Position numbers and translations under genes: made by a program
The notes under the pieces: generated by a model
The model's database searches: none
The model's input: the letters and a program-made list of their open reading frames with translations, nothing else
Told to the model about the DNA's origin: nothing
NCBI GenBank assembly: GCA_002269645.1
Contig: NIVC01001072.1
Coordinates: 124,001 to 188,000, forward strand
Origin: Macrostomum lignano
Taxonomy: Eukaryota
Length of the DNA stretch: 64,000 nucleotides
Direction of reading: 5' to 3'
Part shown: positions 24,915-50,309 of the stretch, piece after piece
Numbering within the stretch: position 1 is the stretch's first letter
How the letters are laid out: each line of letters starts with the position of its first letter

Positions 24915-25688
24915 ATGAAGTCCTCAGTGCTCAAAGCTTTGCTCTTGGCAGCTGTTCAGCTTGCGATGCCTGCTGAGTCGGCTTGTCCTCCTGGCATGAC
25001 TCAGATTGATGCGCAGCCATGGTGTAGCCAGTACTACAGTCAGTTGCTGACGTTTTGCGATGCGGTGAGGACCTGCCACCAGAACGGTCAGGAGATGATC
25101 AGCAAGCCCGTGTACGACGCCATGAAGGCCAGCGGTGGCTTTTCTAGCCAGAGATGGTGGGTGGGACTGGTGGACTCGCTGAATGAGAGGAGCACTAACA
25201 AAGACGGCTGGGTTTGGATCAAGGACGGCCAGGTTACGTCAGTTAGCGGCAATGATTTTCACCCAGCCGAGCCCAACAACCTTGGTGGCAAGCAAGACTG
25301 CGCTACCATAATGGGTCTGAGCATCCAGTTGAGAGATGAGAATTGTGTTGAGAAGCACGTGTTTTACTGCTATTCTAACATCACCGCCGCCTATCGAAAA
25401 GTCCCCAAGCGGAACAACGGAAAATTTGAGCTGGTAAGAATCGCTCAGTTTCAGCAGCCCGACCCGGGCTGTTGGATCAAAGTGCCGGCCATCAAGACCC
25501 TGGAAGACTGCGCCCTGATCTGCTATGAGTTCGAGTTCGGTGACTGCGTTGGATTCTACTGGCACCCGACAAGGAGGCAGTGCGTCCTGCTGCCCTACTT
25601 TGACGCCAGCCTGCCGCTTGACGGCTCCGACTTCTCTGCCAACGAAATGGAGAAGCTGCAGTGGACAAAGTACCTGCGCACTGAGTGA
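24915..25688 (+). CDS. Secreted C-type lectin + PAN/apple domain protein, single exon, 257 aa
   Basis: Signal MKSSVLKALLLAAVQLAMPAES. CTL motifs CPPGM, WWVGL, WVWIKDG, EPNN...QDC, RDENC...FYC (EPN sugar-site motif). PAN-like CALICYEFEFGDCVGFYWHPTRRQCVL. AATAAA follows at about 25699. Confidence 0.88.
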   Translation: MKSSVLKALLLAAVQLAMPAESACPPGMTQIDAQPWCSQYYSQLLTFCDAVRTCHQNGQEMISKPVYDAMKASGGFSSQRWWVGLVDSLNERSTNKDGWVWIKDGQVTSVSGNDFHPAEPNNLGGKQDCATIMGLSIQLRDENCVEKHVFYCYSNITAAYRKVPKRNNGKFELVRIAQFQQPDPGCWIKVPAIKTLEDCALICYEFEFGDCVGFYWHPTRRQCVLLPYFDASLPLDGSDFSANEMEKLQWTKYLRTE

Positions 25689-26389
25689 TGAGATCATCAA
25701 TAAAAATTAAGCTTAAGAGATGTCATGATCAAACTTGCTTTAAGAGACACGATGAACTTATTATTCTTTTAAAGTCTTGGATACATTTTAGGATAGCGTT
25801 TGTTATAACGCAGCCGGTTAGTTTGTTTATCTGTCTGTTTGTCTGTCTGTCTGTAGGTCCGTCTGTCTGCCAGTTTTTTGTTTTAACGTAGCTTTTTTGC
25901 CAGAGCGTGCTGCAGCAGTATCTTTTACTAGATAATGATTAAAATATAAAGTGCATTATCCGATTTTCTATCTCATTTTATGTATTTTAATCACTATAAT
26001 TATTTCTTCATTTTTTTATTTAAGTCAGCAGTTTTTTAATACTCTTTAAATAAATACATAAAATACGAGTATAACGCAAAAAATACTACTCACAAATCAG
26101 CATCAAACCTAATACGAGCAAACAGTCGATATCTGTTATTCATGGATAAGCCAGCTAATTCGTGTTAAGTCACTAAATTCTCAATGTCTTAACTTCTAGG
26201 AGCCTGGACTTCCGAATTCCAAATGAAGCATTAAGCGTGTGTCTTCGTTTGCGATGCCCTCACAACTCACAAGTTCGTTGAGAAAGAATTGAAAAAATAA
26301 CATCTAGACTAAACTAGAATAAATTTCATAAGAAATTCGGTAACACAGAAATACTTTTTCGCTTCAATCTGGCGATGCAGAGTTCTGTT

Positions 26390-29330
26390 TACTGTTCTGT
26401 TTCGTTCCATGCGCTTAGAGCTCAAAGCAGAAGGAATTCAGCACTAGCAGAAGCGCGCAGCACCAGACGGCGCGGCCTGTACCAGCGCGCAGCTGAGGCG
26501 GTCCGCACCGCTAAAATCACCCAGCTGAGGAGAGAGGTCGCCGGGACGCCCAGGCGCAGCAGCTCGTCCAGGGAGGGTGGGGACGTCTCAGCTGGGCCCA
26601 ACCCCTCGGCCGCAGGGCCGACTGGAGACGGACCCGCCTGCCCAGGCGGCTGGCTGCTCCAGGGCATTGGGCCACTCCGAGACGGAGGACCCCGTAGCCG
26701 ATGGGCGAAGGGCGGCGAACGCTGCCTACTGCCTTCCGATCGACTGGCCAGTGGCCTTTTGTTGAAGAGGAGCCCATGGACACCGGTGACCCTGACCCGA
26801 AGCTGGTGAGCGCCGAGGAGGAGGAGGAACTCCTGGCGGCTGCAACGCCCGATCTGCAATGATGCCAGCGGCTACCTGGTGTCTGCAGATCAACACCCAG
26901 CACTGCGTGGCGGCGTCATTCAACCTGATGCGCACGACAGAGCAACAGCTTCCGGGCCTGTTTTTCGTGCAGGAGCCCTGGATGACTAAAGTTACGCCAA
27001 ATAATGTGCCATCTGACTACCACTGCTTTTGCATGGCGGACTCTCACCAAGATCTCTGGTCTTTGCTGCAAAAGCTTTTGAGGCATGAATGAGACCTGAT
27101 CTCTCGACCGGGGACATCTGTGTTGTTCAAACCAATAACCTCCTTCCCAATAAACGCGTGCTGGCAGCATCTGCCTATTTCCCAGGCGATGCCCCAGTAG
27201 TCTGCGACGCGCTAGTCAACCTCATTGACTACGTCGCGTCCCGCCGGTTCGAACTGCTCATTGCAGGGGATGTGAACGCGCACCACCTGCATTTGGGCAG
27301 CAAGAGCACCAACAACAGAAGCGAGGAGCTGGCCTACGTCAGCAGCACGAACCTCAACTTCTGTAACGTGGGCAATGCACCAAAGTTTAATAACGGGCTG
27401 TGGGCCGAAGTCATCGACACCACCATCGCCTCACCCGGACTTCTGTCCACAGTTACGGGCTGGCGAGTGTGGGAGGAGGTCTCACTCTCACGAGGAACGT
27501 CAGGAATACCGATTGTGCCGTCTTTGGCTCGAAGCTGAGCCGCGACATTCGGGATCTTGACCTCCCCAGTGACCTCTCTGACTGCCGGGTTGTGGATGAT
27601 CTCGCCTCCTCCCTGGGCGGGGCGATCACCACTGCCTTTGAGGTAGCCTGCCCTCTAAAGGCCTACAAAGGCAAGAAATCTGCTCCCTGGTGGAACCCAG
27701 AGCTCGGGGCCCTTCGGTGCCGAGCCAGGACCCTCCAAAGGCGAGCGCTCAAAACCAAAGACCCATCTGATAGAGAGGCCTATACCCATGCGATCCACAA
27801 ATTTAAGGGCCAAGTCAGAAGGGCCAAGACGGCCAAGTGACGCCAATACTGCGAAGGGCTTGAGGGCTCTTGCCCCGTAGCCCGCATGGTAAAGGCACTC
27901 ACGAATGACCGTTTTTCTAAACTCTCTGTTGTGAAGATCAGACCTGATGGCTCGGTCACAGAGAGCTCTGACGAAACTCTAAAGCTCCATAGTCTCCTCC
28001 CTAAATCTCCGACTCAGCAGGGCCTATCTGACCACACCGTTGGAGGGCAAGGCCTAGCGAAGTCTATAATCACCAAAGACCGCATTATTAGAGCGGCAAG
28101 GTCCTTTAACCCGTTCAAGGCGCCTGGGCCCGACGGCATCTACCCAGCTTTCTTGCACGAGGCGGTGAAAAACCACCGCTTCCTGGACCTGCTCTGTCGT
28201 CTCCTCCGAGCTTGTGTGGAGCTGGGCTATGTACCAGTTGCGTGGAGAGAGGCCCGGGTGGTCTTTATCCCCAAGCCTGGAAAGAGAGACTATCAATCGG
28301 TGAAGGCCTTCAGGCCTATCAGCCTCACATCTTTCTGCCTCAAGCTCCTCGAAAGACTGGTGCTTTGGCGACTACTTTCGGTCGTGTTGAAGCCCTTTCC
28401 ACTCTCGCAGAACCAGCACGCCTTCCGCGCGGGCAGGTCTACCGAGAGTGCCCTCCATGTCATTGTTGACTTCCTGGAGAGGGCCGTTCTTGGCAGCGGC
28501 TTTGCCCTCTCGCTTTTCCTGGACATTGAGGGGGCCTTCGACAATGTCTGTCCTGTCTGTCCTGTCTGTCCAGATCTGTCCTGGACTGCAACGCCCAGCT
28601 CAACGGGCTTGCGCTAGGCAACCAGGTGGAGCTCAGATGGATCCCGGGCCACGCTGGTTTCCTCGGCAACGAGCACGCTGACCTGCTGGCCAAGGCTGGC
28701 TCCGCCGGCGCGCTGCTAGGGCCAGGCCCGGGGGCCCCGATGCCCGCCTCGGGGATCAATTCCCGCGTTAAGCGCTGGACTGACTCCGAGCATCTCAACA
28801 GGTGGCAGGACACCCGGAATAGTAGGCAATTCCCGTGCGGCCGTCCCCTGCCCCTCTCCTCACCTGCGTAGAGCCCTCCTCAGGCTCAACCGCAGAGTCC
28901 TCAGAGCAGTCAGCATGGCCCTCTCCAGGCATGGCTGCTTCTCTCGCCACCGCTTCCTTCAGGGCCAAGTACCCGAGGAGCGGTGCCCCTTCTGCCGCTC
29001 AGGCAGTGAAAACGCCGAGCACTTTATCTGCCACTGCCCGGCTTTCACCAGGGCCAGGCTCACTCACTATGTCGGTTCTTTCCGACGTTTGCAGGCCCGT
29101 GAGCATCCCGCTGCTCGCCCGGTACCCTAGGGACACGGGACGAGCTGATTTCTTCCCCACCGCTGGTGAGGAGGACCGCGCTGCAGACCGACGGGTTCCC
29201 CTGCGCGACATCGCTTCGACGGAAGCCATTGGTCGCCAGGGGCTAGCGGAATGGGCGGTCTCCGCCTTTTCGCTGCATCCGCCGGACGCCCCCCTGCAGC
29301 TAAGTCAAGTAAGTCAACTTTTATTACAGG
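26390..29330 (+). mobile_element. Degenerate non-LTR retrotransposon with APE endonuclease, RT and RNase H (R1/LOA/I-group-like), internally deleted
   Basis: APE motifs LQINTQHC, VQEPW, SAYFP, GDVNAHH, VIDTT. RT motifs KAPGPDGI, FIPKPGK, RPISLTS, QHAFRAGRST, FLDIEGAFDNV. RNase H tail LRWIPGHAGFLGNEHADLLAK. Cys/His motif CPFC...EHFICHC. Many frameshifts; the YADD region is absent. 3' tail TAAGTCAAGTAAGTCAA. Confidence 0.93.
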
Positions 29331-30588
29331 CCTGTGACGTTTGCAGTTCTAAAAATAGCATCTAGTTATGGTCCTTCGATTTCCACTCCAGCATGTGAAG
29401 CGCAGTGAAGCCAGTATATTATTGCATTTGAATTGGTACTCTGGTCTTGATTCGATCCGGCAGGAATATTTATTGTAAACTGCCAACCAAGCTAACTTAA
29501 AGTCTTTCCTATTGTATGTACAATAGCTAAGTTAAGCTTTGCGTTGAAATCCGGCCTCATTTAGTTTTATGCCTCAGTTGCTTTATGATAGATTAATTGT
29601 TATTCAGGCAGCTCTAATCTTTCTAGTGCATTTTCTCTCAAATTTAACTGTATCACGACAACTGTTTTGCCACAATTTTGCTACCTTTGGCTTGGCCTAC
29701 CGATAATTTCCAATTGAAATTGACCCTTGGCATCTCAGCAACCACCCCATACCCCCAAGAGCCCTAACTTAATTATCGTTAGGCATGTACACTTCACTGT
29801 ACCTTTAGGGAGGTTGGCCCTCAAAGGCGTTAAGCCGTTAATTGCACGAGCAGAGCCAAGTCGAGATTCAAGGAAAGTATGCGAGCTGCAAGCTGCCTAC
29901 GACTTCCCTATACTAAGCAAATATAACGAAATAGAGTAGTTGAAACGTGAGTTTCCTTTTCTCAAAAATTTTCTACGACCAACTTCTCCTTAGCTACTTG
30001 CAAGATCGAAGCTAAACGTCGAACAGCTATGAGAAGGAAGCGAAAGATTGGCGAAGGAGCAAGAAGGGTTTAAGTATATAGTGGTTGCTTGTCACGTACT
30101 CAGAGCGCGCCCACAATCGATTTCTTCTATTTAGCTCTCTGACTCTGCCCCTAATAGAGAACAATACAGCATGGACCCAAAGCTTGCAAACCAATGGCAG
30201 TGTAGGAACAGCTGTGTTGGGAGCGGGGCACGGGTATAGTGGCAAAGGGATAGCATTTGCATTCGTCCTTATACAAGTTCCTCATAGGTCGCCTGCAACT
30301 ACTGTGCCCTGTGCCACTATTACTATTGTATATCTCGCTTTTGCAAGCACTCCGCTCTCTCTCTCTTACTTCTCATTCGAGCTGTGAAATTCTTTACAGT
30401 TCCAAAAAGTTGGAAAGGAGAAAAACGGCCGTTAGAGGGGCCGGAGAGAGGAGAGAGAGAGACACGTGAGCAAATAGGTTTCAGGCGGACAGCAGTGAAA
30501 AATTATTGAAAATAAAGACGGCGAACCAGCAGAACCCTTGCTCTAGAGAGTTGTTCCGATCGGAGCATAGGTAGATGCGCCGTTTGTC

Positions 30589-31812
30589 ATGACAACAGCT
30601 GGTGACACGGACGTCTTTAGGTCGTCAGCAGCAGCGGTGGCTAATCAAGACTGCAATCTGGAATCTGGCAGTGCCTCCTCGTTGACTAAGATGCCATCGA
30701 ATGACGCGCCAAGGTCGCCTAGTACGGCTTCCTTGTCGACCTGCTCGGACTCCGAGGACAGCGATACCGCTAGCGGCGACGTCGGCGGTGGCTGGCGCTC
30801 CGACCTGAACGTACTGCTGGTTCTGGCGGCGCACTGGATCCTATCCTCCACTATCACCTTCTCGAACAGCTTCCTGGTGGATCACCGACTGCCTAACCTC
30901 GCCATCCTGCTGTCCGCAGTGCAGACTATGAGCGCCAGCATCCTGTTGGCCCCGCTGATCTGGACGTGGCAGCGCGACCAGCTGCTCCAGCTGAAGGTTC
31001 GAGACCTTCTGACCCGCAACCGAGCTTTCCTACCGCTCTGCCTGAGCTTCATCGGTATGCTCACCTTTAACCGGATGTCGCTACGGCAGGTTGGCGTCGC
31101 CTGCCTGCAGATATCTCGCTCACTGACTGTCGTGTTCACCTTGGCATTCACGTACTGGCTGCTCAGCTCGCCGGTTCGCCGGTCGAGCCTCGCCTGCTGC
31201 GGAGTGGTGATCGCCGGCTTCAGCCTGGGCGTCAACCAGTCGCTCGACAGTGTCACCTTCAAAGGCTTCATATTCGGCACCGTGTCGAGCTTGTTCGCCT
31301 CTATGGAGACAACCCTGACTAAGAAGGTGCTGCCCAGCTTTGCCTATTCGCCAATGCTGCTCACCTGCGCTCTGAATGCCACCTGCGCTGTGCTGTTCCT
31401 GCCGCTGCTGATGTGCACGGACCAGCTGTGGCTGCTGCGCCAGCACTGGACTGAACTGATCAGCCCCGGCTTCTTGGCCACTCTGGTCCTGTCTAACATT
31501 GGCACCGCGGCGTTCGGCGTGCTGACGTATCGAGTGATTCACGTGACCTCTCCGCTAACCCTGGTGATTAGCAATAGCGCTCACACCACTGCGCAGACGC
31601 TGGTTGCGGTGTTCTATTTCCGGCAGAGCACAAGCCCTCTGTGGTGGCTGTCGGTGTTTCTGATCCTACTCGGCACTCTCGGATACGCGGCCTCCAGGGC
31701 CAACGATATGCACCAGCTGCACCAGCTGCATCTGCAACAGTTGCAGCAGCAGAAATTGAAATCTGCCGCTGCCGCTTCTAGTAGCACTGGTGGAAAGATT
31801 CAAAGTGTTTAA
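30589..31812 (+). CDS. SLC35C1: GDP-fucose transporter-like nucleotide-sugar transporter, intronless, 407 aa
   Basis: Multi-pass hydrophobic profile. RSLTVVFT...CCGVVIAGFSLGVNQ and VTSPLT...AQTLVAV match SLC35C1 motifs (RSLTTVFN, CGIIIGGFWLGVDQ, TSPLTHN...AQTVLA). Confidence 0.8.
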   Translation: MTTAGDTDVFRSSAAAVANQDCNLESGSASSLTKMPSNDAPRSPSTASLSTCSDSEDSDTASGDVGGGWRSDLNVLLVLAAHWILSSTITFSNSFLVDHRLPNLAILLSAVQTMSASILLAPLIWTWQRDQLLQLKVRDLLTRNRAFLPLCLSFIGMLTFNRMSLRQVGVACLQISRSLTVVFTLAFTYWLLSSPVRRSSLACCGVVIAGFSLGVNQSLDSVTFKGFIFGTVSSLFASMETTLTKKVLPSFAYSPMLLTCALNATCAVLFLPLLMCTDQLWLLRQHWTELISPGFLATLVLSNIGTAAFGVLTYRVIHVTSPLTLVISNSAHTTAQTLVAVFYFRQSTSPLWWLSVFLILLGTLGYAASRANDMHQLHQLHLQQLQQQKLKSAAAASSSTGGKIQSV

Positions 31813-33215
31813 TCATAGCGGTCAATGTTTATTATAATAACTTAATAGTTTGGTTAAGTAGTATTGTTTTGGTTTATTTTTGTCGCAATATATTGAATAA
31901 TTGCAAGCAATAAATTATTGACCATCTCAGATCCTGGAGCTTAAAAATGAAGTTTGCTTAGTATGCTCTGTTAATCATTACAGGTCTATTTTTAGTTTTA
32001 GCAAATACCAATTACCAAACATATGTACCTAATGTACCAAATATACTAATTATAAAATATACGAACGAATAATACAAACACAACACCATGCTATTTATAT
32101 ATCGAATATAGAAAGCTATATATGATTAATATTGCATAAAAGAAAGAGATAATTAAATTTAAGAATATAAGCCGTTAATGAAAACATTTTTAATTTAAAT
32201 CGTGTTTATTATTTATCCGAATTCACACGTTATAATTTGCGACGAAAGCAAGCCAGTTTATTTTTATTATGATAATATTAAATGTTCAATAAATTTTATT
32301 TATTGTTTATTTACTTATTTAATATTAGCTAATTATAATTTTCATTTAGCTAATAAAAATTGCGTCTCAGAAGTTTTAGACAGTCTTCGTGTAATATTTT
32401 GCTAATAAAATTTTTCATTTTAAATACTTTTAAACAGTGGTTATCAAAAAATTATTTTATTTATTATATTTTTGTTAGCCGTGGGCAATTTGCACCCTAT
32501 CTATTCCATTGAAAGTAGTGCGTTTTGCATGCGACAGACTCAGTTTATTATAACAAAAATAAGGCATTAATATAATCCGCCACTCTTTCTCACTTCTCAG
32601 CTCAGCCTCTGGCCTCTGCACATAATTAATTTATTTTTTGTATTGCCAAGTGAACGCTTGTCAAACCAAACTTAGGTTACACGAAAAGTTTATCAATCAG
32701 TGCTAAAACTTTGCGTACTGTGAAAATAAACACTCGCTTATGACTTTAGACTTTCGAAATAGTGTACAGTCTCATTTGTTGGTGCCATTTGCAAATCCTC
32801 GTTGGCTTATTATGATATGCACTTTTGCTGCTCTAGGAAATTACCCTCTACCCTCTTCTTACCTACTCTCTACCCTCAGCTCTTATCCTATCGCCCTCGC
32901 TCGCACCCTACCGTATCTATACTCTTTACTGTCCCACTGCTCTCTACCCTTTAAGGAAAATTTAAGGAGCGGCTTCATGACCCGAGAGCATTCAATATAG
33001 TGAAATATTATTGCACAAATCAGGGCTGGGCAGATAAGAACTCAGATCATCTCTCATTGGTCGCGCTTAAATACCCGTCTCGATCCCCCTCCTCCTTGTC
33101 GGCCTCAATACTCCACGGAGGCCTCAAATCCCTTGATTTACGCGTATTTAGACTGTGCACCTGTCAGAGTAGAAACTAAAGGCCATTCAAACAGTCAATT
33201 AGCTGTCACAACGGG

Positions 33216-45855
<12,640 letters not shown>

Positions 45856-45874
45856 CGTAATAGTGGCGCCGTTC

Positions 45875-46125
45875 CCCAAGTCTGACCTAAATTCATATGC
45901 GGTGTGACCACAGTCTGACCTAAATTCATATGCGGTGTGACCACAGTCTGACCTAAATTCATATGCGGTGTGGCCACAGTTTGACCTAAATTCATATTCG
46001 GTGTGACCCCAGTCTGACCTAAATTCATATGCGGTGTGACCCCAGTCTGACCTAAATTCATATTCGGTGTGACCCCAGTCTGACCTAAATTCATATGCGG
46101 TGTGACCACAGTCTGACCTAAATGA
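45875..46125 (+). repeat. 33-bp minisatellite in the sim 3' region
   Basis: Unit CAGTCTGACCTAAATTCATATGCGGTGTGACCA. Confidence 0.92.
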
Positions 46126-46404
46126 GCCTTGCCGGCTTGTTTATACATTCTAACTTAACAATGTGGGACCTGTCACGTGATTTTAATATAGTATGACTCA
46201 TCACGTAACTCTAATCACACTATAGTAAAAATAAACACTAGCTAAATAAAAAACTCATTCTTTTTTATTACTTTCCTGAAAGTAAGAGGTTGAAAAAATT
46301 TTCGATCTAAAAAATGAGATGGAAACTACTATAAATGTTGCGCAAAAACAAAAGTGACTAATGGTACAGGACTGAGAGTCGCTGACTTTATTGGATTAAT
46401 AAAT

Positions 46405-46860
46405 GGCTAACGTGTGAGAGAGACAGGTAAATAAGCACAGGTAAAGGTGAGAGAGACAGGTGGATAAGGACAGGTAGAGGTGAGAGAGACAGGTAGATAA
46501 GGACAGGTAGAGGTGAGAGAGAGACAGGCAGATAAAGACAGGTAGAGGTGAGAGAGACAGGTAGAAAAGGACAGGTAGAGGTGAGAGAGACAGGTATATA
46601 AGGACAGGTAGAGGTGAGAGTGACAGGTAGATAAGGACAGGTAGAGGTGATAGAGACACGTAGATAAGGACAGGTAAAGGTGAGAGAGAGACAGGCAGAT
46701 AAGGACAGGTAGAGGTGAGAGAGACAGGTAGATAAGGACAGGTAGAGGTGAGAGTGACAGGTAGATAAGGACAGGTAGAGGTGAGAGAGACAGGTAGAAA
46801 AGGACAGGTAGAGGTGAGAGAGACAGGTAGATAAGGACAGGTAAAGGTCAGAGACAGGGG
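46405..46860 (+). repeat. About 33-bp purine-rich minisatellite between sim and VAP
   Basis: GAGAGAGACAGGTAGATAAGGACAGGTAGAGGT units. Confidence 0.92.
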
Positions 46861-46978
46861 AAACCACGCCGGCAATTCAGCAAAGCAACAGAAACACTCA
46901 TGAGCATATTCAAGAGACGCCTAAAGTCCACATATCCGCAAAATCCTGTTTTCCAAGAAACCGCATCGGCAAAGGACC

Positions 46979-48945
46979 CTACTGCTGCAGGTAGAGTTTT
47001 CCTAGAATCACGCCGGCAGCAACGCCGGCCAGGCAGAGCAGCATCGCCCCCGAGTCGGTGGTTGGTGGTCGAAAAAATCGATAAAAAGCAACAACGACCG
47101 ACACGGGCGCCGCGGCAACTGCCGCCAGAGTCGCCGAAGTTGACGAAGCTGCCTCGGCCAGCTGGCGCAGATGACGTCGACGACGGGCCTCGCGGCGTAA
47201 GCCAACTTTGCGCAGTCGCAGCTCCTCCTGGCACAGTCTGGCGTTCTCCTGCCGCAGTCGGTGCAGCTCGGCCTCCAGCTGCTCCTCCAGCTGCTCCTCG
47301 GGCGAGCGCTGGTCTCTGGGCGAATCCGAGGCATTCGACGCGTTGCTTTCGCTATCCTGCTGGATCGTCGCCGACTGCAGCTGCTCAATCCATCGAGTAG
47401 CCGCTGTTGAGTTCTTTAGTGGCCATGAGGGCGAGGCTGGGCCGCCAACTGGGATTCTGCTCACCTGCAGGCAGGTCCCAATGCCAATGCGCCATCGGTG
47501 CACTCGGACATTTGCTGTTTTGGCCAGCCAACACCCCAACCCCTCCCACCACCCCATTTGCTGGTTTGGCCAGCCAACACCCCAAGCCCTCCCCACCACC
47601 CTATTTGCTGGTTTGGCCAGCCAACACCCCAACCCCTCCCACCACCCCATTTGCTGGTTTGGCCAGCCAACACCCCAAGCCCTCCCCACCACCCTATTTG
47701 CTGGTTTGGCCAGCCAACACCCCAACCCCTCCCACCACCCCATTTGCTGATTTGGCCAGCCAACACCCCAACCCGTCCCCTCCCCACCTCCCCCATTTGG
47801 CCAGCCAACACCCCAACCCGTCCCCACCACCCCATTTGTTGGTTTGGCCAGCCAACACCACAACCCGTCCCACCACCCTATTTGCTGGTTTGGCCAGCCA
47901 ACACCCCAACCCCTCCCCACCACCCTATTTGCTGATTTGGCCAGCCAACACCCCAACCCCTCCCACCACCCCATTTGCTGATTCGGCCAGCCAACACCCC
48001 AACCCGTCCCCTCCCCACCTCCCCCATTTGGCCAGCCAAACCCCAACCCGTCCCCACCACCCACTTGCTGATTTGGCCAGCCAAGCCAACCCCTAACCCT
48101 AAAGTCAACTCACATTGAGCCGATAGCACATCACATCTCTCGGCGTGGCGGCCTTCCACAAAGCATCCACGCTTTGATGATTTAAAGCGCCAGGTTTCAC
48201 TACCATAGTTTGAATCATAAACTTGTGCTGTGGCGATTGATTTAAGTGGACATTATCGATTTCCGAATCCTCATCTGGCTCGGACAGCGGGAGCAGCGTG
48301 ATGGCCACCTCGAGCTCGCTGAATGGCTGCAGTAGTCCAATGTTTGGCCGTACGCTGTAACACTTAGGTACCGTTGTTTTCACCTTTGAATTGGTCGAAT
48401 GCGAACACGAGTAAATACTCTAAAAATAGCGATATCCTGCATCACTGTTCCGTGCTGGGCGTAGCCAGTATTTTATTTTCTGAGGGGCACCAGCAGCAGA
48501 GGCGCCAGCAGCAGAGGCGCCAGCAGCAGAGGCGCCAGCAGCAGAGGCGCCAGCACCAGAGGCGCCAGCACTCAGACAGCCAATCAGAATCGAGAGCCAA
48601 CAAGAATCGAGAGCCAATAAGAATCGAGAGCCAATAAGAATCGAGAGCCAATAAGAATCGAGAGCCATGCAATAAAAATCGAGAGCCAATCAGAATCGAG
48701 ACAAGAGCAGAAAATTAAGCGAGGGACAGACAGGGTCAGAAATGCCCCGTGAACTACATCTACAATGCCTCAGACTAGGACTGTATCGAGTGACGAATGC
48801 TTGAAAGTGGAATCACAACAGCTTTCTAACTTACCTTAAAGGTGAGAATATAGGTATCTTGATTGCACAGTCGGAGCAACGAAGTTATGGGCTTATTAAA
48901 AGGGCCTCGAAATTCGAGTTCAGACTCAGGCAAAATTTTCAGCAT
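46979..48945 (-). CDS. VAP: VAMP-associated protein paralogue A (divergent), 3 exons, 288 aa
   Basis: Exons 48945-48835, 48383-48114, 47464-46979. MSP domain ELEFRGPF...FK|VKTTVPKCYSVRPNIG...HKFMIQ, coiled coil LRQENARLCQEELRLRK, C-terminal TM GVILGKLY. Confidence 0.87.
47510..48095 (+). repeat. 46/47-bp C-rich minisatellite, VAP-A intron 2
   Basis: CCAACACCCCAACCCCTCCCACCACCCCATTTGCTGGTTTGGCCAG alternating with a 47-bp variant. Confidence 0.92.
48490..48700 (+). repeat. 15-bp and 17-bp short arrays, VAP-A intron 1
   Basis: CAGCAGAGGCGCCAG units, then GAGCCAATAAGAATCGA units. Confidence 0.85.
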
Positions 48946-49269
48946 CTCTGCAACAGGCCAAACGTAGGAAGACCCGCAGGTAAATTCCAGCTCTGCAGGG
49001 TTCGTGAATTGTAAATCTCTATTTATGGATTATTCGCTTGAAATAGTAAATTTTCATTAGTGAAACAAAATAGCTCTTACTCGTAAAACGACTGAAGTAA
49101 CAAATAAAGACTATAGCGACGTGTACTTTTCTTAGCTAAGTGGACGCGTACATGTACTTTTATTAGCTGCACGTAATCGACTGTTGTAAAAATGCAAACG
49201 AGCTAAGCTTTAGGAATAGGCTTTGTTGTCGTGACATGATTCAATAAATCATTTGATGTATCAATTAAC

Positions 49270-49860
49270 AAAACAATCTGTAAATGATTAATCGAGTAAT
49301 AAATCAATCAATCAATCAACCCACCAATCAATCCATCAAGAAATCGATCAAACCAACCAATCAATCAATTAACAAATTTATCAATTTATCAACCATCAAT
49401 CGATCAACCAATCAAACAATTAACAAATCAATCAATCGATCAACGAATCAATCAATCGATCAACAAATCAATCAATCGATCAGCAAATCAATCAATCGAT
49501 CAATCAATCAATCAACAAATCAATCAATCAATCAACGAATCAACCAATAGATCAACAAATCAATCGATCAACGAATTAATCGATCGATCAATGAATGAAT
49601 CAATCGATCAATGAATCAATCAACCAACAAATCAATCAATCAATCGAGCAACGAATCAATCAATCGATCAACGAATCAATCAATCGAGCAACGAATCAAT
49701 CAATCGATCAATTAATCAATTAATCGATCAACAAATCAATCAATTGATCAACGAATCAATCAATCGATCAATGAGTTAATCAATCGATCAATGAATCAAT
49801 CAATCGATCAACGAATCAATCATTCGATGAATCAACAAATCATTAATTAATCGTTCAATA
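49270..49860 (+). repeat. (ATCA)n-based degenerate microsatellite
   Basis: CAATCAATCGAT-type units. Confidence 0.9.
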
Positions 49861-50309
49861 CGTAAATATACAAGTCAACTAATATATGTACGTGTTAATA
49901 AAAAATCTAGCATAAGATTACATCGATCTAGTCAATTCTTGCTTTTTTACGAGTAAAACTTCGGCCCTTAAAAATTATCATCGTACCTCAACTGAAGAAA
50001 CGCACACGGGAACTTACCACAACTGATTATCGACTGACCTGTCGATTGACATTTAAATAAAATAAAATTAATTACTACACGCCAGAGTTCCGATATCAGA
50101 TTATAAATCACAAGTAAACAATTAGTTTCAGCTTTGAGCTTTGAGCATACATGTAGTATATATGTAGTATAGACCATAGATAAGGGGAATCTTATCTATA
50201 CTTTCTAGACTATACTTAGAACCGAAGTAATATACTTTCTATGATTTATATCATACATCGTACCTTTAGGCTTTTTGTTTGAATGCATTTTTGAGATTAA
50301 TATGACACA

